This document shows positions 1 through 14,500 of a stretch of 64,000 nt of DNA, piece after piece (the first letter of the stretch is position 1; each line of letters begins with the position of its first letter). Location of the stretch: assembly GCA_951406725.2 (NCBI GenBank), contig OX597838.1, positions 3,472,001 through 3,536,000 of the forward strand, written 5' to 3'. Under the pieces are notes generated by a model that made no database searches, was not told where the DNA came from, and saw only the letters and a program-made list of their open reading frames with translations. A program made the translations under genes and the position numbers. The DNA comes from Octopus vulgaris (taxonomy: Eukaryota).

Positions 1-705
1 TGCCGAGTAGTGGGACTGAACCTGAAGCTCTGTGGTTGGGAAACAGACTTCTTACCACATGGCTACACCTGTGTTTACTGTAGGGGAAAAAAACTGCAAA
101 ATTTACTGAATTGTTGGCTGTCCATGAAAATGCTTGAAGCAAACCTTTCGAATGTTTCAGTATGAGAATATGTCTGTGTTTATGAAGCTTGTTTCTCAAC
201 CATGTGGATTCTGGCTCAGTGCCATTTTGCGACACCTTGGGGAAAGAGTCTTCTATTATAGCGTGTGAGGCTGCCCAAAGCCTTGTGAGTAGATTTGGTA
301 GATGGAAACTAAAAGAAACAAGTCATATTGACACGTGTGTGTGTGTGTGTGTGTGTTACTGTCTATTTGCTCTGACATCATGTGATAGTTGTAAATGAGT
401 GTCACTGTCTTGCAAGCGGTGTCCTTGGTTTCCAATCTGCCATGAAAACATGTCTGGGCTTGGGGAAACATTACCTTACTTAGAAACAGGTGAGGGTTGG
501 TGACAGGAAGGGCATGTGTCTGGCCATGGAAAATCTTCCTCAACTATTTCCATCTCACCTACGTCAGTAAACATGACAGAAGTCAGCTCTGTTTGTTATA
601 TTGTTTAAAAAATAATTAATTGCCTTCCAAAATCTAATTCTCTTCTTGTTAAGAGTTTTGAATTCATATTATGAATGAATCATCCTTTTTTTATTTTTTT
701 TTCAG

Positions 706-824
706 CTGCCTGGTTACCCAGACGTCAGCCTGTCGAAGGATTTCCTTAGAGTTTCCCAAGAAAATTCAGCACCTCTGTTCCTAGCACATGAAGAAACCCT
801 TTGCAAGAAAGCACTAAATGCTTG
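706..824 (+). CDS. AAAS: AAAS coding exon ([40 protein letters not shown])
   Basis: Polypyrimidine tract plus ttcag acceptor, gtaaag donor; resembles the aladin N-terminal region. Confidence 0.85.
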
Positions 825-2882
825 GTAAAGTACATTTATATCTGTCTGTGTGTCATTGAAACATCTATTTGTTGTATAGTCCTGGTCCAGTAGACCTAAG
901 TTAAATCTGGCCCAATGGAACTAAGTTACCCCTGGTCCATTAGGCTTAAGTTAGCCCTTCTCTAGCTGATGTAAGTTAGCCTTGTCCAGCAGACCCATGT
1001 TGGCCCTGGTCCAGCGGACCCAAGTTAGCCCTGGTCTCGTGGACCAAGTTGGCCCTGGCCCAGCGGACCCGAGCTGGCCCTGGCCCAGCGGACCCGAGCT
1101 GGCCCTGGCCCAGCGGACCCAAATTGGCCCTGGCCCAGCGGACCCAAGCTGGCCCCGGTCCTGCGGACCAGAGTTAGTTCTGATCTGGCAGACTTAAAAT
1201 TGTCTTTTTCACCTCAGACCCCTGCTCTCATCCTCAGATAAAATTTGTGACCGAGTAACACAATGTTAGAAACTTCTGATAATATGAAATTGACCGATTT
1301 TTCAGGACAAAGTGGACAAATGTCCCCATAATTCCTCCCTAAAATCACTGCTCAAAGTTGTTGCTTTAATCTATATCTTTCTCTCTTTATCCTTACCTAC
1401 ACACACACACACACACATGTATATGTAGGCACAGGTGTGGATTACTTGCTAACTGCATGGTTCCAGGTTCAGTCCCACTGCGTGGCACCTTGGGCAAGTG
1501 TCTTCTACTATAGCTCCAAGCCAACAAAAGCCTTGTGAGTAGATTTGGTAGATGGAAATTGAAAGAAGCCTGTCGTGTACATATATTGATATAAGTACCA
1601 GTTGAACACTGGGGGAGATGTAATTGACTAGCCACCTCCCCTCGAAATTTCAGGCCTTGTGCCTATTGTAGAAAGGATTATCATCTACTATAATAATACT
1701 CTTGTGTATTTCTCCGTCACAACATGAATGAGAAAGGATGGGGTGATGGATGAATAAGGAAGGAAAGGGTGATGGCAAACTTGGTAATGGAATGATGGAA
1801 GTTCTACAGTGAAAAAAAAATCAAACAGCGTTTCAACTCTGCATGAGTATATGTGTGTGTGTGTGTGTGTGTATGTAAAAGGGAGGTATGTGAATGTTTG
1901 TGTGTGTGTGTGTGTGTGTGTGTGCAATGGAAGTGGGATGGTGAACATTCAATGCTGAGAAGAAAAATCAAACAGCGTTTCAACTCTGTGTTAGTATATG
2001 TGTGCATAAGGGAAGTATGTGAATGTTTGTATGTGTGATTATTATGTACCTTATTTTGTACCTTATTTATATATAAAATACTATAATTCGCCATCATTTT
2101 TGGCAGCAGAGGGCCAGTTACTTATTATTATAATTTTTTGTTATTTCCAGGTATGAAACTGGCTTATCAGAAGCTTTGGCTGTCCTGAACAGAGATGATG
2201 GAGGTGAGTAAGGTCTTTTCTAGAATATAATCATGTCCTTGTATCTACCGATATTTGTCTATTCACCTACCCTTCCATTCATCCATCCACTCACCCATCC
2301 AGCTATGACCATCCATGTAGAACCTCCTTCACCCATACACACACACACACAAAGTAAAGTGGCTGAGTTCGTTTCGAGTGTTGGGCCTCATGGAGGCAGT
2401 GACCGAGACCTTTGGCATTATGTCGTGCTTCGGAAGAAGACCCATCAAGCCGAGCAGAATCGCAATCATGGCAGATACCTGTGTCACACAAATTGGCTCG
2501 CCATCCTGGCGGTATGTAATTGCACCCCAGTGTCACGCAAATGGCACCTGTGCCGGCTGCATGTAAAAGCACCCATTACTCTCTCGGAGTGGTTGACATT
2601 AGGAAGGGCATCCAGCTGTAGAAAACCATGCTAAATCTGAGTGGAGCCTGGCGCAGCCTTCCAACATGCCAGCCCAATCAAACCATTCAACCGATGCCAG
2701 CATGGACAATGGATGTTAAATAATGATGGGGAAAAGCTGCAACCTGGACCGGCAAACAAGCAAATCCCATACATTGAGCTTGTGTGTTCAATAATGTCTA
2801 CAACACTTAACACTGTTTTTAATTAATATTTGAATTTATTCTCATGTACCGTAAATCCTTAAGTATAAGCAGATGCTTTTAC

Positions 2883-2921
<39 letters not shown>

Positions 2922-3460
2922 GTTTTGTGTGAACTTTTCCAATTCCTTATTTCTATTTTCTTCAGCTCCATCTCTGGTGTCTGCTGTTGCGAGTGGAATC
3001 CTGACGGTTATACGCTGGGCCAAATCTATTCACCCCTTAATCAGTAAATTAACTGTGAGTATGGATCAGAATCTCTGTTGGTCATTTAGTTTTGATATCT
3101 TTGTTGGAAAATTTACCTTTTTTTGTTTGTTTATGCTTAACCTGGACCAGGTCCAAATTCCTAGGACATGCACATATACATCGTCATCATTTTAAATGTT
3201 TCCATGCTTGCACGGATCAGACAGAACTTGTTGAGGCAGATTTTCTATGCCTGGATGCCTTTCCTGTCACCAACCCTCATCTGTTTCTGAGCAGGGTAAT
3301 ATTTCCCCGAGGTTAGACAGGTTTTTCTGGAAGACTGGACACAATGCCACTTGCATGGTGATGTTGTTTCTTTTACAGCCATCCCGTGATGTCAAAATAA
3401 GGCCACATGCACATACATGTTCAAACATGTACAAACATGTACTCCCACACAAAGAAGTAC

Positions 3461-3494
<34 letters not shown>

Positions 3495-5229
3495 TGTAGG
3501 CGTGGCTGTGTGGTAAGAAGCTTGCTTACCAACCACATGGTTCCTGGTTCAGTTCCACTGCGTGGCATCTTGGGCAAGTGTCTTCTACTATAGACTCAGG
3601 CCAACCAAAGCCTTCTGAATGGATTTGGTAGACGGAAACTGAAAGAAGCCCATCGTATATGTGTGTGTGTGTGTGTGTTTGTCCCCCAGCATCACTTTAC
3701 AACTGATGCTGGTGTGTTCACATCCCTGTAACTTAGCATTTCGGCAAAAGAGACCAATAGAATAAGTACTAGATTAACAAAGAATAAGTCCCGGGGTCGA
3801 TTTGCTCGACTAAAGGCGGTGCTCCAGCGCGGCTGCGGTCAAATGACTGAAACAAGGGTAAAAGAATACTTTAGAGTAGATTGTGGTTGCATAACTTTTG
3901 TGCCTACAAGTCATTCTGAAAAGGAGAAAAAGGAATCCAACTCTTTTCAGTTTTATGAAATAAATCTCCATTTTTTTTTTTTTTCTGACAAGAAATTTAT
4001 TTTCTTTCTCTTCGTTTCAGCTGTCCACTGATGACATCATCAATCAGTATTCCTCACCCACAAACTGGTAAGTATCTACTGCACCCCACCTCTCTCTTCT
4101 CTCCCCTTCTCTCCTCTCCCACATCTTGCTTTCCTGCCTCCTCTCTCACCCACTTCTTGCTCTCCCTTCTCTGTCCCCCTCCTCTTTGTCCTCTTCTCTC
4201 TCTCCTTTCTCTTTCTCTCTTCTCTCCTCTCCTCTCCCTCTACCTCCCTCCCTCCCTCCTCTCCTCCTTCTCTCTCTCCTCTCCTCTCCCCCTTCTCTCT
4301 CTCCTCTCTCACCATCCTCTCCCCTCTCCCCTTCTCTCTCTCCTCTCTCACCATCCTCTCCCCCTCCATCCTCTCTTATGCTCCTCCCCCTCCCAATTTT
4401 TTCCATTCTCCATTACCATGATAACCACCTCAGCACCATACTACCACCACCCTCACCACAATACATTTTGTATCCAACTGACATTAACACTTTATGTAAA
4501 TTTCCATTGTAATTGATTCTGTCTGTTTGTCTTTCTGCAGGTCTCCTGGAATTATCTGTTCATTTGCATGGCACCCACATGCCCTCAAGTTTGCTTACGC
4601 ACTCATAGACGACTCTGTCAAAGTCCACACGGGTGGTATGTCGCTGGTTCCCATCTTGAGGACCAAGTTACAGAAGAACGTCATAGACCTTGCTTGGCAG
4701 TAAGTTTTACAATTAGCCCCTCCCGGCCTATCCAGACCTCCACTCTATCCTTTATCAAATGTTGAATTTAGCTTAATTTATTTGCCATGCTGATGATTTC
4801 AAAAAGGGACGAAATAGCACTATACATGGCTACCAATGACTAGAATCTTTAAAATTTTTATTTGTAGAAAAAAAGGAAATATATATGCTCTGTAATTTCT
4901 GTCTAAATTCTTTGATGTAAAGTTCAAACCTGTATAATTATATATATATATATAAAGTGTATGGCTCAGTAATTAGAGCGTTGGGTGAGCAAGACACTTT
5001 ATTTCACGTTGCTCCAGTTCCCTCAGCTGTAGAAAATGAGCTGTGATGTCACTGGTGCCAAGCTGTATCGGCCTTTGCCTTTCCTTTGGACAACATTGGT
5101 GGCATGGAGACGGGAGGCTGGTATGCAAGACTGACTGCTGCTCTTCCACGAAAAACAACCTTGTGCCCCAGAGAGGAACGTTCTAGGTGCAATCATGGTT
5201 ATTTGTGACTGAAGGGGGTTTTCCTCCTC

Positions 5230-5265
<36 letters not shown>

Positions 5266-7442
5266 TTATATATAAAAGTGAAGTTGTGTGCTGTCTGTCT
5301 CCTACGATTTAGATTCCTAACTACTCCCACATTTTGCGGTGCAGTTTAACCAAAACCGGGTATCTTATAGTCGTGATTCATATCGAGCCCTTCTGGGTAT
5401 TAACGCGCGTCTACGATGGGTCTACGATTTTAAAAATAATTTACCATAATTTTTTTCCATTTTAATGCCTTGTTTTCGCTATTATATAAGGGAAGTAACT
5501 CTCTAAAAATGTCTACGATGAGTCAACGATTTAAAAAAAAATTTACCATAATTTTTTCTCCATTTTTAATGCATTTTTTGCTATTTTTTGGCTATAACTC
5601 TCTAAAAAGGCTTTATAGTTATTTCCCTTACAAACCTGAGCAACACTGGGCGATACTGCTAGTATATATATATATATAATACATAATCCGAACATGGTCG
5701 ATGCCAGTGTTCCCTGACTGGCTCCTGTGCCGGTGGCATGTAAAAAGCACTATCCGAATGTGATCGATGCCAGGGCTGTCTGACTGGTTCCTGTGCCGGT
5801 GGCACATAAAAAGCACCCACTACACTCTCAGGGCGGTTGGCATTAGGAAGGGCATCCAGAAACCTTGCCAGATCAGATTGGAGCCTGGTGCAGCCTCTGG
5901 CTTTCCAGGCCTCAGTCAAACTGTCCAACCCATGCCAGCATGGAAAACAGCTAATCCACTTTTCTAAACTTTCCTGTCCATCTCAACTTAATCTTGAAGG
6001 GATCATCTCCTTCCTAGATGACAACTGACCACCAGGGGTACAGCATAAATATCTTTTATTTTTTCTTTTCCAGACCATTCTCTTCTTCTGTGCTTGCGGT
6101 GGCCTGTCGTTCTTGTATCCTTATTTGGCATGTGGAACCGATGTCTCTCGCAGAACGGTAAGGAATATCTTGGGCTTCTTTCTTGTCTTAAATCATCTCG
6201 AATCAAATCTCTTCAAAAATAAATCCTTCAGTAATATTTCCTTTTTCCTTATATGAACCCTGAATCTTCTGTTTTGCGGGTCGAAATGATTCGGCATTGT
6301 CACTGTAACCACCACCACCACAGCTGGTGCTACTAATACTACTACGACGACCACCACTATACCTCACCATATCACCATCACTACCATCAACTCCATCACT
6401 GCCACCAGCATCACCACCACTACCACCACCATTACACCATCACTACTGCAGTTGTCCCCATCCTCACAACCACCTTCACCACCACCACCACCACCATCCT
6501 CACCACCACCACCACCATCACCTCTACTACTAATTCAACCTGTTTTTATTTTTGCTTGCAGACCATCGGCCAGCTGTGTTCAGATTCTGCAACAAGACCA
6601 CCATTCTCCAGTGTCCAGTTTAGGCTGGAGTCCAAGTGGTGACCTTTTGCTCTCAGCTTCACCCATTGACACTGCTGTCATGGTTTGTTTCTTTCTCTTT
6701 TCTTTTCTTTTCACTCATTTAAAAAAAAAAATAACATTGCAGATAAAAAAAGCCTAATGAGATAACAGGTCGTTAACCTCATTAACCTATCGGATCAGTG
6801 ATTTATTGCAAGGTCAAGGGCTGAACAACTCTTCATAAACATTTATGTTGTCAGAGTGTATGTGTAACGTACCTGTTCACATGTCTAGTATGTATGTACC
6901 TAATTGTCTGTCTGTCTATCTGTTTGTCTGCCTGTCTGTCTATCTGTTTGTCTGTCTGTCTATCTCTATCTCTCTCTCCCTCTGTCTTTCTCAGTCTCTC
7001 TGTCTCTGTATCTATCTATCTCTCCCTCTGTCTATCTCTCTCTCTCTCTCTCTCTCCCTCTGTATCTGTCTTCATATTTATATCACTTTTCAAACTCCTC
7101 CCCCCACTTCCAGCTTCTCTTCCAAATACAATTAGCCATGTCCCTCCTCTATAGCAAGAAACCTGTTCTACTTTGGCCCTTTCCCTCTCACCTTACCCCT
7201 CCTTATTCTCCTTGCATAAAGTTCCCCTTGTATGGTATCCCCAGTAGTGCAGGTGCTACATAAAAAGCACCCTGTACACGCTGTGAAGTGGCTGGTGTTA
7301 GGAAGGGCATCCAGCTGTTGAAACCATACCAAAGCAGACAGTGCAATCCTTGAGACTGTCAGATCCTGTCAAACTGTCCAACCCATGCCAGCGTGGAAAA
7401 AGGGACGTTAAATGATGATACATATATATATGTGTATATATA

Positions 7443-7488
<46 letters not shown>

Positions 7489-8972
7489 GATATATGTATC
7501 ATCTCCGAAAATCTGCAGAAAACAACTTCTGTCACTTTCCAGGGGGAAAAATTAGAAGTAGTTGATAGCTTCCGTTATCTAGGTGACCAAGTCAGTAGTG
7601 GGGGTGGGTGTGCTGAGAGTGTAACTGCTAGAATAAGAATAGCCTGGGCAAAGTTTAGGGAGCTCTTACCTCTGCTGGTGACTAAAGGCCTCTCGCTCAG
7701 AGTAAAGGGCAGACTGTATGATGCATGTGTTCGAACTGCCATGCTACATGGCAGTGAAACATGGGCCGTGACTGCTGAGGACATGCGTAAGCTCATGAGG
7801 AATGAAGTCAGTATGCTCCGATGGATGTGTAATGTCAGTGTACTTACTCGACAGAGTGTTAGTTCCCTAAGAGAAATGTTGTACCTAAGAAGCATCAGTT
7901 GTTGTGTGCAAGAGAGACGATTGCGATGGTATGGTCATGTGGCGAGAATGGATGAAGATAGGTGTGTGAGAAAGTGCCAATCCCTAGCAGTTGAGGGAAC
8001 CCGTGGAAGAGGTAGACCCAGGAAAACCTGGGACGAGGTGGTGAAGCACGACCTTCGAACATTAGGTCTCACCATGGAAATGACTAGAGACCGAGACCTA
8101 TGGAAGTATGCTGTGCGTGAGAAGACCCGGCAAGACTAGTGAAGCCATAACCCATGGCCCCTACCTGGGACGTAGTCAGTCCGCCTGTGCATACCTTCCT
8201 GCTTGTGACACTTGTGAAGACCTGTTGTGGCAAATCAAATCAAAGTCAAATCGAATCAAGTCAAACCAAATCAAAATAGATGAACATCAATGGAATTTGT
8301 ATCCTTGTGGTACCAGTGCCGGTGGCACATAAGAAAACCATCCGAACCGGACCGTAGCCAGTACCGCATCGACTGGCCTCCGTGCTGTGGGCACGTAACA
8401 AACACCGTCCGAGCGTGGCCGTCTGGCACCTGTGTCGGTGGCACATAAAAACACCATCCGAGCGTGGCCGTCTGCCAGCCTCGTCTGGCACCTGTGTCGG
8501 TGGCACATAAAAACACCATCCGAGCGTGGCCGTCTGCCAGCCTCGTCTGGCACCTGTGTCGGTGGCACATAAAAACACCATCCGAGCGTGGCCGTCTGCC
8601 AGCCTCATCTGGCACCTGTGTCGGTGGCACATAAAAACACCATCCGAGCGTGGCCGTTCGCCAGCCTCGTCTGGCACCTGTGTCGGTGGCACATAAAATC
8701 ACCCACTACACTCTCGGAGTGGTTGGCGTTAGGAAGGGCATCCAGCTGTAGAAACACTGCCAGATCTGACTGGCCTGGTGCAGCCTTCGGGCTCCCCAGA
8801 CCCCAGTTGAACCGTCCAACCCATGCTAGCATGGAAAGCGGACGTTAAACGATGATGATGATGATAGCCGGCTGCCAACACTTTTTTCTGTAAAATAGAT
8901 ATATATATACACACGTAAATACATATATATATACACACATACATCATACATACATACACACATAAATACATG

Positions 8973-9008
<36 letters not shown>

Positions 9009-9431
9009 TACATAAATGCATGCATACATGGGAGAGAGAGAGAGACGACAGACAGTGGGAGCCACGTTGTGTCACATTTAAAGTTATCTCCCTTCGTTTA
9101 ATATTTCGAATTTAAAACGTCTCTAGACTGTTTTACTTTTTCAAATGAGTCTGACTTGAGGAAAATATTCACGAGAAACATTTGTTTCTTGACTGCTTAC
9201 AAGAGTTACGTCCCTGGAGCAACGTGAAGTGTTTTGCTCAAGAACACAACGCGTTGCCTGTTCCAGGAATCGAAACCACAAACTTATGATCATGAGTCCA
9301 ACACCCTAACCACTAAGCCACGCACATCCACTATATATAGTATTTATTCTATCGGACTCTTTTGCCGAACCGCTAAGTGACGGGGACGTAAACACACCAG
9401 CATCGGTTGTCAAGCAATGCTAGGGGGACAA

Positions 9432-9467
<36 letters not shown>

Positions 9468-11186
9468 TTGCATATGTCTGTGTGTATGTTTATATCTATA
9501 ATGTATATGTGTGTATATATACATATAACTATTTAAAAATATTTGTTTAGGTATGGAATGTTGCCATGGAAGCTGTAGTACCATTGCGGAGGATTGGAGG
9601 TGGCGGTAACACTATGGTGTGTTGGTCACCAGATGGATTCAGAGTAATGTCTGCAACACCAGGTTCAGTATTTAGGTGAGTACTCGGTAAAATGACTATC
9701 AGTGTGTGTATTTCTTTTTGTTTTTGCTTCAATTATGGACTGAGGTCATGCTGGAGCACCACCTTCGAGTGTTTCATTGAGCAAATCAACCCCAATAATT
9801 TTTTTTTTATTAACCCTGCCTGAAACTGCCCCCGGTTCTCTCAATTCCCTTTTTTAAAAATTGTCCCAATTAAAACCTCCATCAAAATTTCATGTTAATT
9901 TGTATTAAAGACACCAGCTTAATAATAATGAAGTTAATTTAATAAATATTGTGCTGTCTGGAAAGTTCTTGCCGATTTTTAAAGGAAAGAAAAAGGTCAA
10001 TAAATACTTGCCATTACATTTTTAATCAACCAAATATGAACCATTTTGTTGCACAATGCGTCTCCATATTTCCTTTGACTTGAAAATACCCTCTTCCCAG
10101 AACTGAGGTGGTTTCATGGCAAAGAATTCATCAAGGTATCTTTTTACGCCATCCAAGGAATTGAAATTTTTACCATTAAGACTATTCTGCAGAGACCTGA
10201 ATAAGTAGAAATCCGAAGGAGCAATATCTGGTGAATATGGAGGGTGGGGTAACACATCCCAGCCGAGCTGCAGCAATTTTTGTCTGGTTCCAAAAGCATC
10301 AAGTGCCGAAAATGAACTTTCTTATCTTTCATTTTAAAGGGTTACAGAATTAACACAGGTTATAGGATCATAAACCTTCTTCCAAGAAAAGATAGCTTAA
10401 ACTGTGCTCTAAATGGAGGTGTAGTCAAATCTTATTTTATGGACTCAACCATGTTCTAAAATATGTCGAAAGGTAAGCTATTATAAATCGGCACAAACTT
10501 TCCAGACAACCCAATACTTCATTACTTTCAAAATATGTTGAAACAAAGACAATAAATTTCAGCATTAATATGGTAATGAAGGGGTTAAACCTGGCACCTA
10601 ACCAATTGCTCTCTTATACTGAACTGCAAAGCTACAGGGACATAAACAAACCAACACTAGTTGTAAAGCTGTCATGGGACACACACACACACACACACAC
10701 ACATATGGTGGGCTTCTTTCAGTTTCCTTCTCCCACAAAGCTTTGGTTGGTTCTGAAGCTGTGTAGAAGACGCATGTTTAAGGTACTGTGCTGTGGGTCT
10801 GAACCTGGAACCATGTGGTTGGGAAGCAAACTTGTTGTGCTGCTCAACCACACCTGCTTCGATGAAATTAATTACTGCTCAGATATAAACAAGGGGGGGG
10901 GGGGCTGAAAAATTCCTGGCTTTGGGTAAAAGTAAATCCAGGAGGATCAGTTAATTATGACTTTATTCAACATATTCCCCCATCAGATTCACACACTTAT
11001 TGCAGTGCTCCTTACTTGACTAAAGTTGGTGCTCCAGCATGGCTGCAGTTAAATGACTGAAACAAGTAAAAGGATAGATATATATTGGATCCTAGTGCAG
11101 CTCTCTGGCTCACCAGCTCCAGTCAAACCGTCTAACCCATGCCAGCATGAAAAGTGGACGTTAAATGCCAATGATGATATATGTTC

Positions 11187-11225
<39 letters not shown>

Positions 11226-11535
11226 TCACGTGACCGACCAGTCCATCAGATGTTGCTACACACCGCTGGTCACAATGCGTTCGCATTGTTTTAGCCTTCG
11301 AATGACGCCACTCCGCTGGCTAAGTGAGCAGGCCAACAGAAGAAAGAGTATAGCAGGGATCACCACCCCCTGCTGGAGCCTCGTGGAGCTTCAAGGTGTT
11401 TTCGCTCAATAAACACACACAACGCCCGGTCTGGGAATCGAAACCGCGATCCTTCGACTGCGAGCTCGCTGCCCTAACCGCTAGGCCTGTAGGAAATCCA
11501 CCTCGACAGGAGTTCCATCTCCCCACATTGCGCCT

Positions 11536-11575
<40 letters not shown>

Positions 11576-14500
11576 CACACACACATGTATTTATACAAGA
11601 CAACAAATTGATACAGCATGGTTGGGTAGCCTGTAGAAGCCAGGAGGAGTTGGGGAGATGCAGAGGAAAGGTATGTGGGTGAGGAAGGATCACCGAAATG
11701 GGTGGAAAACCCCAAATCTTAGCCCTCCCAGAACTTACTTCCTCCAAGGTAGTTGAGTCTTCTCAAGAACCTTGACACCAGGTAAATTTTTATACATTAC
11801 CATTTAATACACATTGTTTCCCTATTTAATTCATTCTACCAACTTTTTTTCTCTTTTGTTGTTTTGTTTTCTTTTTATTTCACCTTTTATTATTTGTTTA
11901 TTATTTAGGGTTTGGCAAACGAAAACTTGGGGATGTGACAAATGGACTTTACCTTCCGGTCGATGCCAGGTAAGCCGCAGCACCAGCAGTCCTTTAATCA
12001 CCGTCACCCTTATATGTCTTGCCAGCCTCGCCTGGCCCCCGTGCCGGTGACACGTAAAAGCACCATCCGTTCGTGGCCGTTGCCAGCCTCGCCTGGCCCC
12101 CGTGCCGGTGACACGTAAAAGCACCATCCGTTCGTGGCCGTTGCCAGCCTCGCCTGGCCCCCGTGCCGGTGACACGTAAAAGCACCATCCGTTCGTGGCC
12201 GTTTGCCAGCCTCGCCTGGCCCCCGTGCCGGTGACACGTAAAAGCACCATCCGTTCGTGGCCGTTGCCAGCCTCGCCTGGCCCCCGTGCCGGTGACACGT
12301 AAAAGCACCATCCGTTCGTGGCCGTTGCCAGCCTCGCCTGGCCCCCGTGCCGGTGACACGTAAAAGCACCATCCGTTCGTGGCCGTTTGCCAGCTCTGTC
12401 TGGCACCTGTGCGGGTGGCACGTAAAAAGCACCCACTACACTCACGGAGTGGTTGGCGTTAGGAAGGGCATCCAGCTGTAGAAACACTGCCAGATCTGAC
12501 AGGGCCTGACGAAGCCTTCCAGCTTCACAGACCCCAGTTGAACCGTCCAACCCATGCTAGCATGGAAAGCGGACGCTAAATGATGATGATGATGTCACTC
12601 ATTAAAGGTACCACAGCATAAGACTCTGTGACCCTCTTTCCATGGTTGCCTGTCAGTTTAGAGTGCTCCCATCAGGCCTCACCTTTAGCATTTTTAAACA
12701 GGGCTACACAGGACAGTGTAATCGTTTTGTCGTTGTTTTAGTGTCTTCTATTCTGTGCTTGCCTTGGGGAGATGGAACTCCTGTCGAGGTGGATTTCCTA
12801 CAGTTGGATGATGCCTTTCCTGTCACCAACCTTCACCGCTTTCCAAGTAAGGTAATACTTCCCCTTGACCAGATATGCTTCCACAGAAGATTGGAAGCAA
12901 AGGATACTGTTTGTATGATGGTGACACTTACTCACTCAACTATCATGTGGTGTTAAGGCAAGGAGACAGTAACATGCACACGTACACATGCACATTTACA
13001 GACACACACATATATACACACATGGATACATACTCATATATGCACACATTTACACGCACACACTCTCACACGCATACATATGTTCACAGTTTCTTTCATT
13101 TTCCTTCTACCACATACATACACATGCTGGGCTTCTTTCAGTTTCCTTCTACCACATCCTCTCACAAGTCTTTGGTCGGGCCTGAGGCTATAGTAGAAGA
13201 CACTTGCCCAAGGTGCCATGCAGTGGGACTGAACACCGAACCATGTGGTTGGGAAGCAGGCTTCTTACCACACAGCCACACCAGCATCTGCGGTAAACAT
13301 AATACAAGATGAAACATCCATGAAAAGCGGCGAGCTGGCAGAAACGTTAGCAGGCCGGGCAAAATGCTTGGCGGTATTTCGTCTGCTGTTACATTCTGAG
13401 TTCAAATTCCGCCGAGGTCGACTTTGCCTTTCATCCTTTCGGGGTCGATTAAATAAGTACCAGTTACGCACTGGGGTCGATGTAATCGACTTAAACCGTT
13501 TGTCTGTCCTTGTTTGTCTCCTCTATGTTTACCCCCTTGTGGGTAGTAAAGAAATAAGATGAAACATCCTTTATTGATAGTAACTCCCAGTGGGAACTTA
13601 AAAACATGAAGGGGACAGTACACTGGGGACTGACCTAAGGCCAAAAAACAACAACAACAATGATTGGTTCAATAAAGGGTCATCTGCTGAAGACTGTGTT
13701 TTTGTATTGTAGACGGCATGTTGGAGCCCCGATGGCAGCACTTTGCTGTTTGCGACTGACACGGAACCTCTGGTGTATGCGGTGACCTTTAGCACCAACA
13801 AAGAAGCAGGGACCGTTGGAGGCAACCGAACGGCTGAAGTGTTCCTCGATCTGTCTTTGGTCAGTCTAACTTCATCCCTTGATGAAGACATCAAGTAAGT
13901 GACCCATCTTTTTTTTTTTTTTTTTTAAGAATTGAATTGAATTGAATTGAACTAAGCATTTCACCCAGTGTGCAAACGATTCTGCCAACTCGGTGGCACA
14001 TAAAAAGCACCATCCGTTCGTGGCCGTTTGCCAGCTCTGTCTGGCACCTGTGCGGGTGGCACGTAAAAAGCACTCACTACACTCATGGAGTGGTTGGCGT
14101 TAGGAAGGGCATCCAGCCGTAGAAACACTGCCAGATTTGACTGGGCGGGCCTGATGAAGCCTTCTGGCTTCACAGACCCCAGTAGAACCGTCCAACCCAT
14201 GCTAGCATGGAAAACGGACGCTAAACGATGATGATGATGATGGTACTAGCAGTATCGCCCGGCGTTGCTCGGGTTTGTAAGGGAAATAACTATATAAGCA
14301 TTTTTAGAGTTACAGCCAAAAAATGGGGAAAAAAATGATGGTAAGTTTTTTAAAAATCGTAGACATTTTTAGAGAGTTACTTCCCTTATATGATAGCGAA
14401 AAAATGCATTAAAATGGAAAAAAATGATGGTAAATTTTTTTTTAAATCGTAGACTCATCGTAGACACGCGCTAATACCCAGAAGGGCTCGATATGAATCA

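Noticed and set aside
4632-4640. Possible donor site GGTG/GTATGT inside the AAAS exon
   Set aside because: The frame continues with aladin-like sequence to 4699, and only the 4700 donor matches the phase of the next exon.
7393-7497. N-terminal part of the 248 aa ORF as an intact gene start
   Set aside because: It derives from a repeat tail and (TA)n; the RTE element is 5'-truncated and lacks the RT core.
8401-8700. Regular GC-rich repeats resembling a CRISPR array (also 12021-12388 and 40031-40710)
   Set aside because: Head-to-tail tandem units with no unique spacers, no cas genes, and a eukaryotic intron context.
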